A stretch of DNA of 64,000 nucleotides from a virus (lineage: Duplodnaviria; Caudoviricetes): IMG/VR virus record IMGVR_UViG_3300021399_000100; one strand, written 5' to 3'. Position numbers and translations under genes: made by a program. The notes beneath the pieces are model-generated. The model was not told the DNA's origin. It ran no database searches and was given only the letters and a program-made list of their open reading frames with translations. Below are positions 59,491 to 64,000 of this stretch, in pieces. The first letter of the stretch is position 1, and the number at the start of each line of letters is the position of its first letter.

Positions 59491-60144
59491 ATGAATATTG
59501 CCTTCATTATGGGTTTGATTGATAAGATAAGAGAAGCTGCCGGTAAGATGAAATTCTTATCGGCGACTACTCTTGATATCATCAAAACAGTCTGCATCAT
59601 AGCAACATTATGTTTAGTAACCATTGATTCATACAATAGCACGAAGAAAGAACACTTAGATCCTACTACACGTTTTGTGATAAGCGGCAAGATTCGCCAA
59701 GACCTTACTGAACTAAGAGAGTTTAGTGGAGCAGGGAAGGTTTTTGTTCTCGGATATCATAATGGTATAGCTAATTTTACTCGCGTACCGTTTGTCTTTG
59801 CTGATATGCGATATGAAGTCACTGCGGACTCAATAGAATATACTAGTGATATGTTTAGCAATATCTCGTTAGACAAGTTCGCATTTGCAGAGCAGCATAT
59901 CATGGACAAAGAGTGGTATGGACCTGTATCCCATATGAAAGACGCTAGGCTAGAAGGTGTCCTGAAGAAGTACGGTGTCACTTATATTCATTTCAGTAAT
60001 ATTTCAGACGACAGAGGGATTCCTATAGCTTCAGTAGTTCTATGTTGGTATAATAAGGATACTAATACTTTATCTGCACATTATCATAATATTGTCAATG
60101 CATACGTCAGAAATATCAAGACGTCTTTACTAAAATATCAGTAA
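59491..60144 (+). CDS. Putative holin (single TM plus GAF-like soluble domain, T4 T-like architecture)
   Basis: One TM helix, then GAGKVFVLGYHNG..PF..MRYE, a pattern common in Bacteroidota phage membrane proteins. Confidence 0.45.
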   Translation: MNIAFIMGLIDKIREAAGKMKFLSATTLDIIKTVCIIATLCLVTIDSYNSTKKEHLDPTTRFVISGKIRQDLTELREFSGAGKVFVLGYHNGIANFTRVPFVFADMRYEVTADSIEYTSDMFSNISLDKFAFAEQHIMDKEWYGPVSHMKDARLEGVLKKYGVTYIHFSNISDDRGIPIASVVLCWYNKDTNTLSAHYHNIVNAYVRNIKTSLLKYQ

Positions 60145-60211
60145 CAACACAAATTCTATATGATAAAGAAATGCATATCTGTATGTAGATATGCATTTTC
60201 TATTTATGGCT

Positions 60212-60218
60212 GTAAATA
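60212..60218 (+). promoter_or_regulatory. Late-class promoter motif GTAAATA (representative copy)
   Basis: Also found about 20-50 nt upstream of the sheath (34606), endolysin/DUF285 (24280-24299), DUF1704 (54879), 42800, 46169 and other genes. Resembles the T4 late promoter TATAAATA. Confidence 0.65.
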
Positions 60219-60241
60219 ATAATAATGCATAAAAAATAACC

Positions 60242-61714
60242 ATGAGCAATCTTATTAATATAAATGAAGGAAAAGTTGCTGATAAGAAGACTCTCGTCTT
60301 TCTATCAGCTAGAGCTGCTAAAAAGTGCGCAGATACTTCACTAGATATATTTGAAAAGCAGGCAAAAAGCAGAGGCTATGGATTTTATTGTCTAAACCCT
60401 GAGTTTACAACTATTGACGATTGCAGAGATAATGAATACGTATTCACTCTAGCAGATACTTCGAATAATACCGAAGTCGTATGTGATATTCGTAATACTA
60501 TTATCATACCGCGCAGATCTGCCATCACTACAAGAACATCATGCGACTTATTGAAGTTGCTGAAGTTTCATGGATTCTTTCTAGTCAATACTCTTGATGT
60601 CTTCCTCGCATGCGAAGATAAATTTGAGACTTATAGAGTACTGAGCAATGCTGGCATACCTACGCCAGATACAATATTGTGCCCGAAGAAAAATGTACAA
60701 AAGGCTCTAGATAAGGCATCTGCATGGGGCTATCCTATAGTAGGAAAGCTCCCTTCCGGCACTCAAGGTATAGGTGTATTCATTATGGATTCGCCTAATA
60801 GTGCTCTTTCAGTGTTGCAAGCGATGACCTCCACTACTGATGGCGTTATACTTCAGCGATTCATCAATTCGCGTTGTGACTACCGCGTACATGTACTGAA
60901 TAATTCTTACTCGCAGCTGGAGCCTAAATATGAAGTCATAGGCATGATGCGCCGCTCGCATACTAAAGAGGATTTCAGATCAAATTACCACTTAGGCGCT
61001 TCTGTTGAGATTGTCAACGTAGAAAACACTGATGCAGAAGTGATTAAGCATATAGAAGATATAGCTATTGCTGCTGCTAAAGCTGTAGGTGCTGTATGGT
61101 GTGGAGTCGATGTCATTGTAAGTGAGGATAACAAATATTATGTCATAGAGATCAATTCGTCCCCAGGCACAACAGGTATAACTTCTGCGGGAGGTACTCC
61201 TGTAGAGAGTATCATGACGTTCTTCGAGAAATTCGAATGGATACCTAATAACAATATAGCGGGATGTGTAGAGACTATGGACCTCGTGTTCAGTGAGAAT
61301 GAAAGGTTCCAATGTAATATGGGTTTGAGCACAGACGATGTATGTACTATATTCTATGACAGCATGCGTATGATAGATCATACTGATCAAGCTGAGGTAT
61401 TCATTCACGGCATAAGTAATCCTATATATATGAATATCACTGGTAGCAACAATAAAGGTGCTAAAACTGCGTATATAAATGTTTCATTCAATCATGTTAA
61501 GTATAAATATGTTCCTGTTGTACTTGTTTCGTCGGACGATGTTAAGAAAGCGTATACAACGGATATAATCAAAGGAGAGGTTCCTTCTAATCCTATGGAG
61601 AAAAATGGGTTTGAACTTGCAGGTATCATGGGAAGTCCATTTACATCAAGAGCAAACGTATGTATTTCTGCAGATGTAGACCATATCGTAACAGACGAGA
61701 TTAGACTAGCATAA
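60242..61714 (+). CDS. RimK-like ATP-grasp amino-acid ligase fused to a degenerate RimB/retropepsin-like domain
   Basis: CEDKFET..GIPTP, YPIVGKLPSGTQGIGV, LQRFI, DYRVHV, FRSNYHLG, GVD and VIEINSSPG; C-terminal AGCVE..INVSFNHVKY domain. Confidence 0.88.
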   Translation: MSNLININEGKVADKKTLVFLSARAAKKCADTSLDIFEKQAKSRGYGFYCLNPEFTTIDDCRDNEYVFTLADTSNNTEVVCDIRNTIIIPRRSAITTRTSCDLLKLLKFHGFFLVNTLDVFLACEDKFETYRVLSNAGIPTPDTILCPKKNVQKALDKASAWGYPIVGKLPSGTQGIGVFIMDSPNSALSVLQAMTSTTDGVILQRFINSRCDYRVHVLNNSYSQLEPKYEVIGMMRRSHTKEDFRSNYHLGASVEIVNVENTDAEVIKHIEDIAIAAAKAVGAVWCGVDVIVSEDNKYYVIEINSSPGTTGITSAGGTPVESIMTFFEKFEWIPNNNIAGCVETMDLVFSENERFQCNMGLSTDDVCTIFYDSMRMIDHTDQAEVFIHGISNPIYMNITGSNNKGAKTAYINVSFNHVKYKYVPVVLVSSDDVKKAYTTDIIKGEVPSNPMEKNGFELAGIMGSPFTSRANVCISADVDHIVTDEIRLA

Positions 61715-61729
61715 TAGAATCTTCTCATA

Positions 61730-61802
61730 AATGCGATTTAACGCGATATCTTTTATAAATTGATATCTTATACAGTTTGATATGTATATGTGATTATACG
61801 CG
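61730..61802 (-). repeat. 73-bp dispersed element, copy 2 (inverted)
   Basis: Reverse complement matches 27430-27502. Confidence 0.85.
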
Positions 61803-61824
61803 CGTTTATGCGCGAAATTTTAAT

Positions 61825-61868
61825 AAAATAGAGCTATGTTCATAGTTATTCGAACATAGCTCTATTTA
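61825..61868. terminator. Bidirectional intrinsic terminator
   Basis: AAATAGAGCTATGTTC...GAACATAGCTCTATTT between convergent genes. Confidence 0.8.
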
Positions 61869-61890
61869 TTTTGATGGTATTTACATTTCG

Positions 61891-62769
61891 TTATAGCCAA
61901 GGAACGTCATGAACCTCTATAGGAACGGCCTCTAAGTCGGCTTCATCAGAGTCTAGGATGATCTTTGCCTTTTTAAGTCTTCGGATATAGCTATTTTTTA
62001 TTGAATCGTCTTCAATCTCTATCCTTCTATTTTTACTCATTTCAAGATAGTCTAAATTAGATTCTAGTCCCAAATACATCCTACCAAGAAGATTCGCTGC
62101 GATACCCGTAGTAGCACTTCCGCTGAAAGGGTCAAGAATCCATGCTCCAGGAATAGTAGACGCCTGTATAATACGTGTTAAAACACTTAGAGGCTTCTGT
62201 GTAGGATGCATACTACACGATTTCTCCCATTTTGCAACAGCTGGCATTCTCCAAACATCGGTCATCTGTTTGTTATCGTTCAAGCGCTTCATTAGTTCAT
62301 AGTTGAAATAGTGCGGCACTTTCGGAGACTTTCTCGCCCATATAATAAACTCAGTAGAATAGGTAAAATAGCGGCACGAGATATTAGGCATCGGATTGGT
62401 CTTCGCCCATGTAATAACGTTAAGGATCTTAAAACCTAACTTTAAGAGTTGCTGCTGGACACTGAAGATATTATGATGGGTACCGGAAATCCAAATAGTC
62501 GCATTCTCCTTCATATGTTCTCTACAAGCAGACAACCACTTGAAATTAAAGGCATCCATTTCTTCTGATGTTATTGGCTTATCCCAGTCTCCCTTATCAA
62601 CGCATCCAACCTTCCCATGTTGCAAAGAGATTCCACCGCTAGAAAGAAAATAAGGAGGGTCGGCAAATACCATATCAAAATCGAAATTCAATTTCGAAAG
62701 AGTATCTACACAATCACCATGAATCAAGGCAAAGTCATTGTTTACTGATTTATAATACAATGGCACCAT
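61891..62769 (-). CDS. N6-adenine/N4-cytosine DNA methyltransferase, beta class (DpnIIB-like)
   Basis: FADPPY, HPTQKP and ILDPFSGSATT. No cognate endonuclease adjacent. Confidence 0.92.
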   Translation of the reverse strand: MVPLYYKSVNNDFALIHGDCVDTLSKLNFDFDMVFADPPYFLSSGGISLQHGKVGCVDKGDWDKPITSEEMDAFNFKWLSACREHMKENATIWISGTHHNIFSVQQQLLKLGFKILNVITWAKTNPMPNISCRYFTYSTEFIIWARKSPKVPHYFNYELMKRLNDNKQMTDVWRMPAVAKWEKSCSMHPTQKPLSVLTRIIQASTIPGAWILDPFSGSATTGIAANLLGRMYLGLESNLDYLEMSKNRRIEIEDDSIKNSYIRRLKKAKIILDSDEADLEAVPIEVHDVPWL

Positions 62770-62785
62770 ATTAAATTACGTGAAA

Positions 62786-63943
62786 CTATCTATACAGCAT
62801 ATCTTTCATCGCTTCGATAGAGGATGAATTATACATGCTCTGCTTCTGCATGGTATCTATGCATAGATGTACTGTTTCATCGTCTATATTCATAGCCACT
62901 TTGACTACATCAGTTACATCTTTGCATCTAGACAGGTCTATATTGAGATCATGCATAGCCCATTTCTTATATTGTGGCCATGAGAATACTGTGAACCCTT
63001 TACGTATAAGAGACATGGCCATAGCATTTCCAGTATCATCATCATCTAGAAGGAATCTTATATGCTCCTGTTCGTTCTGGAACAAGCTGATAACTCCTCC
63101 CATATTACCAGTACCTCCAGTCGATATAGAGTTGTCTATAAACGCTGCGTCAAAGAATCCTTCACAGCACGTGATGACATTATTGAATGACACATTGAGT
63201 ATATTGTTAGCAGTAACAAATGTTCGAAAGGCATCTAGTGTATCTCTCACGTCTTTAGTTGCTCTAGGTGACAGCGATGTCAGATATCTGAAATAATATC
63301 TCTGAGAAGCTTTCTCATCGATTATACGGGTACTGGTACCTAAAATGCGCATCTGGTTATCTGAATATACTGCATTCAATTGGGATGGTCCACCTTTCCC
63401 TGTATCTCCTACTATCTGCATCTTATAATCATCTGTCATATATTTGTACCCCCTATCCATCATGTATTTCATAAAAGGAAGAGTATTCCCTAGAGGGACG
63501 AACCCGATATTCAACAAATTAGCTATAGGGACTGCTATATTAAATAAAGATTTCCTTGCTTGACAAATCTTATCATATAATGAACTGCTCTTGTTTATAG
63601 ATTCCGATACATGCACTTTATGTTGCAGATTATCGTTAAACACTCCATCAAGAAGCTTGCCGAATTTTGGATCAAGGGGCTTGCCGCATTTATAGAAAAC
63701 CTGCCTCACACTACCCCAGAATCCACAATTATAGCATTTGACTGCCATAGAGTCTGTGTATATATGCATACGCTTCTTAAAAATATCTCTAGAAGAGTCA
63801 CCGCATATAGGGCATGAACATATAAGTTCATCTCCTTTATAATTAGTGTTTATAGTTCTCTTGGCTTTACCTTCTGCTGCAAATCTATAATTCAGCAAAT
63901 CTTGTAGCTTATTTTTTACAGCCTGTTGCAATTCATTATTCAT
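62786..63943 (-). CDS. DNA primase (T4 gp61-like)
   Basis: Zn finger CPICGDS...KCYNCG and TOPRIM CEGFFDA..LDDDDTG..KDVTD. ATG at 63943 preferred. Confidence 0.9.
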   Translation of the reverse strand: MNNELQQAVKNKLQDLLNYRFAAEGKAKRTINTNYKGDELICSCPICGDSSRDIFKKRMHIYTDSMAVKCYNCGFWGSVRQVFYKCGKPLDPKFGKLLDGVFNDNLQHKVHVSESINKSSSLYDKICQARKSLFNIAVPIANLLNIGFVPLGNTLPFMKYMMDRGYKYMTDDYKMQIVGDTGKGGPSQLNAVYSDNQMRILGTSTRIIDEKASQRYYFRYLTSLSPRATKDVRDTLDAFRTFVTANNILNVSFNNVITCCEGFFDAAFIDNSISTGGTGNMGGVISLFQNEQEHIRFLLDDDDTGNAMAMSLIRKGFTVFSWPQYKKWAMHDLNIDLSRCKDVTDVVKVAMNIDDETVHLCIDTMQKQSMYNSSSIEAMKDMLYR

Positions 63944-64000
63944 GCTGCTATTATATTTATTTATTGTTGCCCTCGTCAAACGCTGTCAGAGACACGTCTG

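Noticed and set aside
1-64000. tRNA or rRNA genes
   Set aside because: No cloverleaf or T-loop signatures noticed in intergenic gaps by eye; a tRNAscan-SE run would be needed to exclude them.

Overview
A 64-kb, AT-rich, gene-dense segment of a large T4-like (myovirus-type, probably jumbo) phage, read in the standard genetic code. The host is probably an anaerobic Bacteroidota: starts lack Shine-Dalgarno sites and are AT-rich, one signal peptide ends in A-x-S|Q, and the RNR is class III (inference). Virion genes (portal gp20, prohead protease gp21 with fused scaffold-like tail, neck gp13/gp14, head completion gp4, tail sheath gp18, tape-measure-like and fibre proteins) are interleaved with replication and nucleotide genes (primase, DnaB-like helicase, C-terminal half of a split family B polymerase, probable clamp, RuvC-like resolvase, NrdD, ThyX, RNA ligase). 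Also present are a queD-queE-folE 7-deazaguanine precursor cluster, an alarmone-hydrolase-like HD protein, a DNA amino-methyltransferase and dispersed lysis genes. Most notable observations: (1) UvsX/RecA ends in the N-half of a naturally split intein; (2) several late genes carry T4 internal-protein-like capsid-targeting leaders (three DUF285 LRR paralogs, a papain-like Cys-His-Asp protein, a RimK-like ligase), suggesting injected effectors; (3) a RimK-like ligase and a DUF1704/MATCAP-like carboxypeptidase flank the head module as a possible writer/eraser pair; (4) two promoter motifs (GTGATTATA, GTAAATA) sort genes into replication and virion classes; (5) ORF-less promoter-to-terminator units look like paralogous sRNAs; (6) a 73-bp element is repeated in inverted orientation 34 kb apart; (7) an iteron/hairpin region beside the helicase is a candidate origin. 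All protein calls come from motif recognition by eye; no database searches were run.
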